Shown here piece after piece: positions 8,538-16,392 of a stretch of 32,000 nt of DNA. The notes under the pieces were generated by a model, which made no database searches, was not told where the DNA came from, and worked only from the letters and a program-made list of their open reading frames with translations. The DNA lies in NCBI RefSeq assembly GCF_000354175.2, contig NC_022359.1:390001-422000 (forward strand), written 5' to 3'. Position 1 is the first letter of the stretch, and each line of letters opens with the position of its first letter. The DNA is from Vibrio alginolyticus NBRC 15630 = ATCC 17749. Its GTDB lineage: Bacteria > Pseudomonadota > Gammaproteobacteria > Enterobacterales > Vibrionaceae. The translations under genes were made by a program, and so were the position numbers.

Positions 8538-8567
8538 CATGATCATAGTTCCGGAACGATGATCATG
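8538..8567. repeat. 30-bp near-perfect palindrome (14 of 15 symmetric pairs) carrying two GATC sites; candidate operator
   Basis: CATGATCATAGTTCCGGAACGATGATCATG. The outer 9-bp arms are perfect (CATGATCAT/ATGATCATG) and the inner core GTTCCGGAAC is a perfect 10-bp palindrome. It lies ~120 bp upstream of the AraC-family start and ~200 bp upstream of the VqmA box. Confidence 0.5.
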
Positions 8568-8761
8568 CGAGGTTAATTTACGGTCAGTGAGCAACCAATT
8601 TTATTAACAAAAACGGATAGATAGGCAACACCTTACGTATACATAATCAATCAATGTAAAGATCCTTATTACCGAACAATCTGTTATTTTGTAAAACACC
8701 GTGCTCCATATTAGATAACTCGTCCCTGAAACGGATCGAAACCCACTCTTAAACTCAACAT

Positions 8762-8787
8762 AGAGGGATTTCCCCCCTTACTAATAT
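8762..8787 (+). promoter_or_regulatory. VqmA-box-like palindrome overlapping the -35 region, plus a -10 element (putative vqmR promoter)
   Basis: AGAGGGATTTCCCCCCTT (8762-8779) resembles the G6-ATTT-C6 palindrome I recall for the V. cholerae vqmR promoter. TAATAT (8782-8787) is placed as a -10 element. Confidence 0.6.
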
Positions 8788-8793
8788 GCTTCT

Positions 8794-8969
8794 GATTCAA
8801 TACATTAGTTATCGAGCTTTAAGATGCATACGATCTAAAGCTCTCGGTATCTCATTGATACCTCTAACTTACTTAGCAGACCCTCGCTAGGTAATTTAGA
8901 ACCTCTTCTACACGTCGACAAGATTATATCTTGTGTTGCCAGCCCGTCTTCAGGCTGGCTTTTTTTTTT
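8794..8969 (+). ncRNA. vqmR: VqmR-type Hfq-dependent small RNA (~175 nt; the 5' end is inferred)
   Basis: The interval has no ORF of 60 aa or more on either strand. The 5' end is inferred ~7 nt after the -10 box. Internal hairpins occur at 8814-8843, 8846-8862 (GGTATC/GATACC) and 8921-8933. The 3' end is a canonical terminator at 8938-8969. It sits upstream of, and co-oriented with, a VqmA-like gene. Confidence 0.6.
8938..8969 (+). terminator. Rho-independent terminator with no upstream ORF (sRNA 3' end)
   Basis: Stem GCCAGCC (8938-8944) / GGCTGGC (8953-8959) with loop CGTCTTCA, followed by T10 (8960-8969). Confidence 0.9.
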
Positions 8970-9378
8970 CGCTTCTCAACAATGAAAACAATGGCATAAG
9001 CTGATATCATAGCGTTTGTCTCAATGTCCCTCTCATATGCTTAGGTGCTGCTCTTTCGCTCACAAGTGATATGAACGTCAACCACATTACAACTGAGTTG
9101 TAGGAAGCATGATCAAGGACGATACGAGTTGTAAGCCGAACATTGGCGGACATCCGTGAGCGCACATATCTGTAATGAAACAGACCATTTTCCCAATTAA
9201 ACTCTTCGTTCCATTTCGTCGTTGTCTATGACTACCTGACGAAAACATCGAACACCACGAATTTAATTGGATTGAGCGCCAATCAACGAACGTGTTCTAG
9301 CAACGTAACTGCCTACTTGGCAACATCAATACGAGCCATGTAACACGGACGTCTCTGTATTGGTAAAAGCAGTATGTA

Positions 9379-10110
9379 GTGAGTCCTTTTGTGAATATTT
9401 CAGTCGATACCATAGAACAATCCCTCCTTAAACAGCTACCAGGTTGTTGGGGATGCAAAGATAAAGATTCGGTATTCCTATACGTAAACCAGGAATACGC
9501 AGAACTGTTAGGGCACACGTCGCCCGAGGAGTGCTTGGGTAAAACTGATTTTGATATGGCCAGCCCAACCACTGAATGCGCGCAAGAATTTCAACGCCAA
9601 GATAAACACGTTCTCGAAACTGGCGAGTCACTAAAAATTCTGGATATCCACCCTTATCCAGATGGCCGCTGGCGAGCACATATATTTACTAAAACACCGT
9701 GGCGAGATGACAAAGGCGACATCGTAGGCACCATTTTCTACGGAAGGGAACTCACCGACACCGCCGTGATTGAAGTCGGGTATTGGGTTTGTCGTGCAAT
9801 CAGTACCAACCCAAATCAACAATCCATCTTTCGTTTTTCTGACTTACAACCAAAACCAGAGAAGCTCACATGCCGCGAGCAAGAAACGCTTTTCCTCTTG
9901 CTCTATGGCAAAAAGCCTCAATTTATCTCTCAGGTCATGGGCATATCAACAAAAACCGTTGAAGGTCACGTCGCACGCTTACGTAATAAGTTTGCAGCGA
10001 ACAGCAAGAACGAGCTAATAGATAAAGCAATGGAAGCAGGCTACGGCTCTGTTGTACCCAAAACGCTGCTTAAGCATCAATTATCGGTTGTGTTGAATGG
10101 AGAGCGATAA
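9379..10110 (+). CDS. vqmA: PAS-domain / LuxR-type HTH quorum-sensing receptor-transcription factor (VqmA family, DPO receptor)
   Basis: 243 aa. The N-terminal PAS region (KQLPGCWGCKD..., ILDIHPYPDGRWRAHIFTKTPWRDDKG) closely matches my recollection of V. cholerae VqmA. The C-terminal GerE/LuxR HTH is LTCREQETLFLLLYGKKPQFISQVMGISTKTVEGHVARLRNKF. The start is GTG 9379; GTG 9391 is an alternative. Confidence 0.85.
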   Translation: MSPFVNISVDTIEQSLLKQLPGCWGCKDKDSVFLYVNQEYAELLGHTSPEECLGKTDFDMASPTTECAQEFQRQDKHVLETGESLKILDIHPYPDGRWRAHIFTKTPWRDDKGDIVGTIFYGRELTDTAVIEVGYWVCRAISTNPNQQSIFRFSDLQPKPEKLTCREQETLFLLLYGKKPQFISQVMGISTKTVEGHVARLRNKFAANSKNELIDKAMEAGYGSVVPKTLLKHQLSVVLNGER

Positions 10111-10130
10111 TTCGCATCGCTTCTACCTAC

Positions 10131-10164
10131 AAAAACACCGCCCCAATTCGGCGGTGTTTGTTTA
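10131..10164. terminator. Bidirectional terminator between vqmA (+) and pdxH (-)
   Basis: Stem ACACCGCC (10135-10142) / GGCGGTGT (10150-10157) with loop CCAATTC, an A5 run upstream and TTTGTTT downstream. Confidence 0.85.
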
Positions 10165-10183
10165 TTCATGAGGGACCATAAGC

Positions 10184-10819
10184 CTATGGCGCTAAACGAT
10201 CAATGTCCCAACTTCCATCATGCTGGGAGAAAAGAAAACGATCGTGAAGGCGATGTTCGCCACCTTGCCAAAATTCGATGCTCTTTGGTTTTACGCGAAA
10301 GCCACCCCAAAAGGTTGGTACTGGTATTTCACCCTTAGCAAACTTCTGTTTTAGCTCTAAAAACTTACCTTCCAACACACCTCTGGCAGAAATACGGCTA
10401 CTTTGTTTGCTCGCGATTGCGGCCAACTGGCTCTCTTTAGGACGAGAAGTAAAGTATTTCATATTCTCTACGGCGGTAAGCTTTTCAGCCACACCAGTAA
10501 TATGAACTTGGCGCTCTAACGGATGCCAAGGGAAGTGCAAACTAATATTGCTGTTATGCTCTAGCTGCTGGGCCTTGCGACTGCCTAGGTTGGTGTAAAA
10601 CACAAAACCATCTTTGTCGACGTTTTTCAATAGAACAATGCGTTGAAACGGCATGCCATTTTCATCAACCGTTGCAACTGTCATCGCAGTCGGGTCCGTT
10701 AAACCCGCTTCAACTGCTTGCTCTAGCCACAGATTAAATTGATCAATAGGATCAGCTTTCAAATCTTTACGACGCAGCCCACCTTTGGTGTACTCACGAC
10801 GAATATCAGCAAGTTCCAT
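10184..10819 (-). CDS. pdxH: Pyridoxamine/pyridoxine 5'-phosphate oxidase
   Basis: 211 aa with family hallmarks: N-terminal [30 protein letters not shown] and the C-terminal RLAP. A GGAG SD precedes the ATG. Confidence 0.95.
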   Translation of the reverse strand: MELADIRREYTKGGLRRKDLKADPIDQFNLWLEQAVEAGLTDPTAMTVATVDENGMPFQRIVLLKNVDKDGFVFYTNLGSRKAQQLEHNSNISLHFPWHPLERQVHITGVAEKLTAVENMKYFTSRPKESQLAAIASKQSSRISARGVLEGKFLELKQKFAKGEIPVPTFWGGFRVKPKSIEFWQGGEHRLHDRFLFSQHDGSWDIDRLAP

Positions 10820-10934
10820 CTTTACTCCTTCACTCGTTTTTGTCGATTGTGCTCCCGATACTGAGGAAATACAAGGACATCATTGTGCTTGTTATCGTTG
10901 CCGCTCACAGCATCACAGTGCGTCATTTGATACC

Positions 10935-12809
10935 ATGACACAAAAAACCAGTGAGCCGATCGTGAACTTACTCAACCCCAAAGCCCTACGTCATTTTTTA
11001 CTGCTACTGTGTGCCGTCGGCATTTCAGGGCTTGCGCTTACTCATCATTACGCAACTCAATACCAACATGATCAATGGCAACAAAAGCTAGAGAGACAAG
11101 CCGCGCAAGTGTCACAAGAAGTGGACTACGAACTGGCAAAGTTTGAACAGATACCAAACCTATTAAGTCACGACCCAAGACTACTCAAAGCAGTAGAGCG
11201 CGGAACGCCCTCTCAAGAGCTCAACCTACTGTTATCAGATTGGTTGAAGCAAAGTTTGGCCGATACGATTTACGTTCATGACCGCACCGGGTTAGTCATA
11301 GCCTCAAGTAACTTTCAGCAAGAAGATACGTTTGTTGGCTCTAGCTTTAGCTATCGCCCCTATTTTAAAAATGCGCGACGCGGTGAGCCCGCTCAATATG
11401 TTGGATTAGGCGTGCGCTCGAATAAACGTGGGTACTTCTTCTCATCTCCGCTGTGGGTAAATGAGGAAGTCGTTGGCGTGATCACAGTAAAAGTGAACTT
11501 GGAGCAATTAGAACAGCGCCTTTCGCAAACCACGACTGACGTACTCATTACAGATAAACACAATGTCGTGTTTATGAGCAATTTACCAGACTGGCGCTAT
11601 CGTGCACTTTTCCCACTGTCATCGAGTGCAATAATTGAACTTACCGAAACGCGTCAATATGGCGATACCTTGCCCGAATATTTTGGTGAGTTGACGGCGC
11701 ACAGTGGTGTCACGGAGTTTGATGACAATCAATTGCTTCTATCACCGAATTACCTCGCATACGCAACACACTTATTGGATAAAGGGTTTCGCGTCGTTGC
11801 CTTAATTAACCACAACAGCGTTCTTGCCGCCGTTTTACAGGCCGATATCGTCTTCCTGATCTTATATGCGCTCATTGCTCTAATTGCGTTAGCGTGGTTC
11901 CAAACCCTAGTTAACAAAGCACGCCTTGCCCATCTCAATGTGAGCCTAGAAGAAAAAGTAGTGCAACGGACACTAGTTCTGAGTGAAGCCAACCAAAAGC
12001 TACAACAGACCACCCGCCAATATGAACAAAGCCAACAAGAGCTTAAACAAACACAACAAGAGCTGACGCAAGCCGCGAAATTGGCACTGTTGGGCGAGCT
12101 GTCTGCCAGTATTAATCATGAGATAAATCAGCCACTTTCCGCACTAAGAACCTATACCGAAAACTCGCAGCGTTTGTTGGCAATGGAAAAATACCCAATG
12201 GTCGCCGACAATTTGGGCAAAATGCTGACACTTAATGACACCATTTCGGAAGTCATTGCCCGCTTAAAAGTCTTTACTCGGAAAGCCACGCACGATTCAC
12301 ACAATGAAATCTCAGTACTGCACGACGCGGTACATACTGCCACCAGCATTTTGAGCAACAAGCTTATTAAGCAAGGAGTAACACTAAAAGTTCCGGCCAT
12401 CGACTATGATGTGAAGCTGGCCATTCACAGCGTTGAATTAGAACAAGTGCTGATAAACCTCTTCCACAACGCGGCACAAGCGATGGAAAACCACTGTATC
12501 GATCCGCAAATATCCATTGCTGTTCAGTGTCATGATGACAGTTGCGACATTCTTGTTTCCGATAACGGGCCTGGCATGTCGGACGAAGCCCTAGCAAAAA
12601 TCTTTGATCCATTTTTTACGACTAAGCCAGAGGGCTTAGGATTAGGTTTGACCATCTCCAAACGCATTTTAGAGAGCTATCACGGCTCCCTCTGTGCCTA
12701 TAAACATCAGAGCACAGAACAACAAGCAGGAGGGATGACCTTTATCGTGACGCTACCAATAGTCAATCAGAATAAACGTACCCCAGAAGTGGAAAACGAC
12801 CATGAATAA
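10935..12809 (+). CDS. Sensor histidine kinase, DctB-like (2 TM helices, large periplasmic double-PDC/Cache-type domain, HisKA, HATPase)
   Basis: The ORF track starts at 10785, inside pdxH on the other strand. ATG 10935 ([10 protein letters not shown]) is the first plausible start. TM1 is [15 protein letters not shown], followed by ~290 periplasmic residues and TM2 [20 protein letters not shown]-rich coiled coil follows, then the H-box [16 protein letters not shown] and N/G boxes (HNAAQAM, DNGPGM, GLGLGL). Confidence 0.9.
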   Translation: MTQKTSEPIVNLLNPKALRHFLLLLCAVGISGLALTHHYATQYQHDQWQQKLERQAAQVSQEVDYELAKFEQIPNLLSHDPRLLKAVERGTPSQELNLLLSDWLKQSLADTIYVHDRTGLVIASSNFQQEDTFVGSSFSYRPYFKNARRGEPAQYVGLGVRSNKRGYFFSSPLWVNEEVVGVITVKVNLEQLEQRLSQTTTDVLITDKHNVVFMSNLPDWRYRALFPLSSSAIIELTETRQYGDTLPEYFGELTAHSGVTEFDDNQLLLSPNYLAYATHLLDKGFRVVALINHNSVLAAVLQADIVFLILYALIALIALAWFQTLVNKARLAHLNVSLEEKVVQRTLVLSEANQKLQQTTRQYEQSQQELKQTQQELTQAAKLALLGELSASINHEINQPLSALRTYTENSQRLLAMEKYPMVADNLGKMLTLNDTISEVIARLKVFTRKATHDSHNEISVLHDAVHTATSILSNKLIKQGVTLKVPAIDYDVKLAIHSVELEQVLINLFHNAAQAMENHCIDPQISIAVQCHDDSCDILVSDNGPGMSDEALAKIFDPFFTTKPEGLGLGLTISKRILESYHGSLCAYKHQSTEQQAGGMTFIVTLPIVNQNKRTPEVENDHE

Positions 12810-14088
12810 CCCAGTTTTCTTTGTTGATGACGAACCACACATTCGTGATGCCGTGTCTCAAGCCCTGCTGATTGAAGGGATAGACGTCACCTGCTTACCA
12901 AACGCAGTAGAAGCCTTACGCGTAATCGACTCAAATATGCCTGCGATTATCATTACCGATATCCATATGCCCGTGATGGATGGCTTGGAGTTTATGCGAA
13001 CTTTGCGAAGCAAAAACGATCACTTTCAATTCATCGTACTTACTGGACATGGAGATGTGAAAACCGCGGTAGATGCGATGAAAAGCGGCGCGTACGACTT
13101 TCTAGAAAAACCGTTTTCAACGGAACAGCTCATGAAATCGCTCAACAATGCCAGCGATAAACTGAACTTGTTGCAAGAAAACATCTGGCTTAAGAAAGAG
13201 CTCGACATGCAAACTCATGTTGGTCCGAAAATGATTGGTCACAGTAAGGCCATGGTGAGCATTCGTCGCGCCTTGATCAGTGCGCCCACAAGCCAGCCGC
13301 TCATTTTTGTAGGTCAAGATGGTACGGGTCGGCGACTCGCTGCACAATTTGCCCACGACATACATGCAACACCGGATAGTGAGTTAATCGCCGCTTCTGG
13401 TGAAGACCTTTATGAGTTTTCATTAGAAGCTCTCGACAAAGCCATACACCGCTTAAGTGAAGGAAAACGCCACTGCAGTTTGTACTTACATAGCGCAGAG
13501 CATGTATCATTTGAACAATGGGAATACTTGTTCAAGCACCCGAAACTTGAACGTGTTTTTGGCGCGACCACCCAAGCCGAGCCACCTCTAAAATCCCTGG
13601 CGACTCTAATTCACTTACCGACGCTCGATGAAAGAAAGGAAGATATAGGGCCTTTATACAAGCACTTTGTGCGCCACACAGCGAGCCGATATCAGTTACA
13701 GCCGCCACATATCAGCCTAGAAGAGGTCAAACACCTCACCAGTCTCGAATGGCCAGAAAACGTTAAGCAGCTACGCCAATTTGCTGAACTTCGTGCCCTC
13801 AAGCCAGATACTTTTAGAATGGAAGATTGGAACAGTGAGAAAAGTCTTGAAATTCAGAGTATGACTCAGCGCACAGAATACTTTGAATATTGCTTGTTAT
13901 TCGATGCATTGCAAAGACATCGCGGCAGACTCAAAGAGGTTCAACTAGAATTACAGGTATCACGCAAAACCTTGTACGACAAACTAAAAAACATCAGTTG
14001 GATAAAGCCAAGTTCAAGGCGTAATAGCTATACTCCGGCGCTAATTATGCTTTTGTTTGATTTAGAAAGTGTAAGAAAGCTCATTTGA
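12802..14088 (+). CDS. NtrC/DctD-family response regulator: intact receiver, degenerate sigma54-interaction (AAA+) module, Fis-type HTH
   Basis: 428 aa. The start overlaps the kinase stop (ATGAATAA). The receiver has DD at 9-10, D53 (IITDIHMP) and K103 (LEKPF). The central domain has GQDGTGRR instead of GxxGxGKE and no GAFTGA loop. It has LYLHSAEH in place of the Walker B hhhhDE, and is ~38 aa shorter than canonical. The RKEDIG and WPENVKQL motifs are retained. The HTH is VSRKTLYDKLK. Confidence 0.85.
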   Translation: MNNPVFFVDDEPHIRDAVSQALLIEGIDVTCLPNAVEALRVIDSNMPAIIITDIHMPVMDGLEFMRTLRSKNDHFQFIVLTGHGDVKTAVDAMKSGAYDFLEKPFSTEQLMKSLNNASDKLNLLQENIWLKKELDMQTHVGPKMIGHSKAMVSIRRALISAPTSQPLIFVGQDGTGRRLAAQFAHDIHATPDSELIAASGEDLYEFSLEALDKAIHRLSEGKRHCSLYLHSAEHVSFEQWEYLFKHPKLERVFGATTQAEPPLKSLATLIHLPTLDERKEDIGPLYKHFVRHTASRYQLQPPHISLEEVKHLTSLEWPENVKQLRQFAELRALKPDTFRMEDWNSEKSLEIQSMTQRTEYFEYCLLFDALQRHRGRLKEVQLELQVSRKTLYDKLKNISWIKPSSRRNSYTPALIMLLFDLESVRKLI

Positions 14089-14197
14089 AGAGAGAATAAC
14101 CCTCTTCTCATATTTTATTAGCCGAGCATGCTGACATGATCGGTTAATAATAATAAGATCAAAAAGATAATCCGTAATTATATAAGCAGGGACTGTG

Positions 14198-15589
14198 ATG
14201 AGCCGAGATAACTACAACAAACTCAACGATGAAGAGTTGGATTTTGTTGATGACAAAACTGCAGCATTGCTCCTCAATACCCCCAACAGCGCGCGTTTTA
14301 TGCTCTGGGTTATGGTGCTATTTTTCATTGCAGCAATAGGTTGGGCATCTTGGGCTGAAATCGACAAAGTCACGGTTGGTCAAGGCAAAGTGATTCCCTC
14401 CTCACAGATACAAGTAGTCCAAAACTTAGAAGGTGGCTTAGTCAAAGAAATCTTGGTCAAAGAAGGTCAGTTGGTTGAAAAAGGCCAACAGTTACTGCTT
14501 ATCGATGACACCCGCTTTCGCTCAGATTTTCGTGAACGTGAGCAACAAGTTGCCAACCTTACCGCATCTGTGCTGCAACTATCCGCTTCTATTAACAGTG
14601 TTGCCGTTAATCGTGATTTTGAAACGGAAAACTGGCGTCAAAGTGTACTACTTGATTACGGTAAACTGACCTTCCCACCAACCTTGGAAGAGACTCGACC
14701 TCAACTCACACAGCGTCAAAAAGCAGAATATCGCGAAGATCTAGATAATTTACGCAACCAACTTTCTGTTATTGACCAACAAGTGCAGCAAAAGCAGCAG
14801 GACTTGGTAGAGATCCAAGCACGAGTAAGGAACTTGCGTCAAAGCTACCAATACGCGAAAAAAGAACTCGATATCACCAAACCTTTGGCAGACGAGGGCG
14901 TTGTTCCTCGTATTGAACTGCTCAAATTACAGCGCCAAGTCAACGATACCCGTCGTGAAATGACGTCCAGTGAGCTCAAGATTCCCGTATTGCAATCAGC
15001 GATTCGAGAATCCATGCTCAACCGTATTGATGTTGCACTCAAATTCCGCTCTGAACAGCAAGAGAAACTCAACAGCGCCCAAGACCAGTTATCTGCTTTG
15101 GTTGAATCAGCGGTGGGCTTGGAAGATAGAGTAAACCGAACGGTTGTGAATTCGCCAGTAACAGGCAAAATCAAAACACTGAACATCAATACTGTCGGTG
15201 GTGTTATCCAACCTGGTATGGATATCGTCGAGATCGTACCAACAGAAGACACACTATTGGTAGAGGCGAAAATTGCGCCAAAAGACATCGCATTTTTACG
15301 CCCAGATCTTCATGCTATCGTGAAATTTACAGCTTACGACTTCACAAAGTACGGCGGTTTAGAGGGAGAGTTGGAACATATCAGCGCGGATACCACTCAA
15401 GATGAAGAAGGCAACAGCTTCTACATTGTTCGTGTACGCACCGAAAAAACAAACTTTGGTCAAGATGCAGATTTACCAATCATTCCAGGAATGACAGCAT
15501 CGGTCGATATCATCACAGGGAAGCGAACCGTTTTGGAATATCTACTTAAACCGATTTTAAGTGCCAAAACGAACGCCTTGAAGGAGTAA
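14198..15589 (+). CDS. lapC: Type I secretion membrane-fusion protein (HlyD family; LapC-like)
   Basis: About 463 aa. It has one N-terminal TM helix (FMLWVMVLFFIAAIGWASWA), then the lipoyl-like motif GKVIPSSQIQVVQNLEGGLVKEILVKEGQLVEKGQQLLLID. A long coiled coil follows, then a C-terminal beta-barrel ending in RTVLEYLLKP. The AGGGA SD favours ATG 14198 over GTG 14195. Confidence 0.9.
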   Translation: MSRDNYNKLNDEELDFVDDKTAALLLNTPNSARFMLWVMVLFFIAAIGWASWAEIDKVTVGQGKVIPSSQIQVVQNLEGGLVKEILVKEGQLVEKGQQLLLIDDTRFRSDFREREQQVANLTASVLQLSASINSVAVNRDFETENWRQSVLLDYGKLTFPPTLEETRPQLTQRQKAEYREDLDNLRNQLSVIDQQVQQKQQDLVEIQARVRNLRQSYQYAKKELDITKPLADEGVVPRIELLKLQRQVNDTRREMTSSELKIPVLQSAIRESMLNRIDVALKFRSEQQEKLNSAQDQLSALVESAVGLEDRVNRTVVNSPVTGKIKTLNINTVGGVIQPGMDIVEIVPTEDTLLVEAKIAPKDIAFLRPDLHAIVKFTAYDFTKYGGLEGELEHISADTTQDEEGNSFYIVRVRTEKTNFGQDADLPIIPGMTASVDIITGKRTVLEYLLKPILSAKTNALKE

Positions 15590-15703
15590 ACCACATTAAG
15601 ATACTCGCGATAGGGAGTATTGAGCGATAAGTGATTAAATAAAAAGCACTTATTTCTCACTGACGAACTCTCTAGAAGAGTATACTTGTGATACGAGTCG
15701 AAT

Positions 15704-16387
15704 ATGCGATCCAATTTGCAGCGTAAAGTTACATTATTAATCAGCTTAAGTTGTTTGTCGTTCCAACTTGGTGCGCTGAACAGTAAAGAACAACGATGGG
15801 TCAATACGGTCACAGCGGTGTACGGCGAACGTGCGGGATTGCGCGTAAATACATGGCGAAAGAACCTCGACTTATTTAAACAATTAGAGACTCATGAACA
15901 GCTCGCTGGCGTTAACGACTTTTTTAATCAGCTGTATTTCGTTGACGACATAAAACTGTGGGGAAAGACAGATTATTGGGCTACGCCACTCGAATTTTTA
16001 GGGAGTAACGCAGGAGACTGTGAAGATTTCACTATTGCTAAGTACTTCTCTTTACTCGAGCTAGGAATACCAGATTCAAAGATGCGGTTAATATACGTAA
16101 AAGCCATCGAACTGAATCAGTTTCACATGGTATTAGCTTACTACCCTACCCCAAGTTCTGAGCCGCTCATTCTCGATAATATCAATCCTGACATTGTCCG
16201 AGCCTCTAAGCGTAGCGACTTGCTACCGATATACAGTTTTAATGGTACAAACCTGTGGTTGATGAAGTCATCTGCTAGCACTGGAGAGCTGGCAGGGAAA
16301 GCATCACGGTTGAGCCTTTGGAATGACTTACGCTCGCGCGAACGTAAGTTGCAGTTAAATAAACCTAAAATTAACTATGACGAGTGA
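15704..16387 (+). CDS. lapG: Periplasmic transglutaminase-like cysteine proteinase (BTLCP; LapG-like adhesin-releasing protease)
   Basis: 227 aa with a signal peptide (KVTLLISLSCLSFQLGA). Candidate Cys-His-Asp triad residues lie in GDCEDFTIAKY, FHMVLAYY and ILDN. It sits immediately upstream of, and overlapping, a LapD-like gene. Confidence 0.85.
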   Translation: MRSNLQRKVTLLISLSCLSFQLGALNSKEQRWVNTVTAVYGERAGLRVNTWRKNLDLFKQLETHEQLAGVNDFFNQLYFVDDIKLWGKTDYWATPLEFLGSNAGDCEDFTIAKYFSLLELGIPDSKMRLIYVKAIELNQFHMVLAYYPTPSSEPLILDNINPDIVRASKRSDLLPIYSFNGTNLWLMKSSASTGELAGKASRLSLWNDLRSRERKLQLNKPKINYDE

Positions 16388-16392
16388 GAAAC

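Noticed and set aside
9297-9572. 91-aa minus-strand ORF spanning the vqmA 5' end, plus other ORFs nested in vqmA (9428-9679, 9631-9822, 9770-10018)
   Set aside because: They overlap a gene with strong PAS/LuxR motif support and have an implausible composition (C/S/R-rich) with no SD.
10785-10934. N-terminal 50-codon extension of the sensor kinase ORF in the track
   Set aside because: The extension runs antisense through the pdxH start and promoter, and encodes a Cys/His/Arg-rich non-kinase-like peptide. ATG 10935 precedes TM1 at the usual distance.
14845-15288. 147-aa minus-strand ORF inside lapC, 137-aa minus-strand ORF inside lapB (18366-18779), 135-aa plus-strand ORF inside murR (25618-26025), 142-aa minus-strand ORF inside murQ (27073-27501) and 159-aa minus-strand ORF inside the porin gene (29582-30061)
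   Set aside because: These are long antisense ORFs mirroring well-supported genes. Their S/T/R/C-rich composition reflects the complementary codons of the real frame, and there is no independent start or SD evidence.
15601-15658. Two small hairpins (ATACTC/GAGTAT and ATAAGTG/CACTTAT) in the lapC-lapG gap as an internal terminator
   Set aside because: The stems are short and AT-rich, one has a 13-nt loop, and there is no convincing U-tract. They are more likely an mRNA structural feature within an operon.
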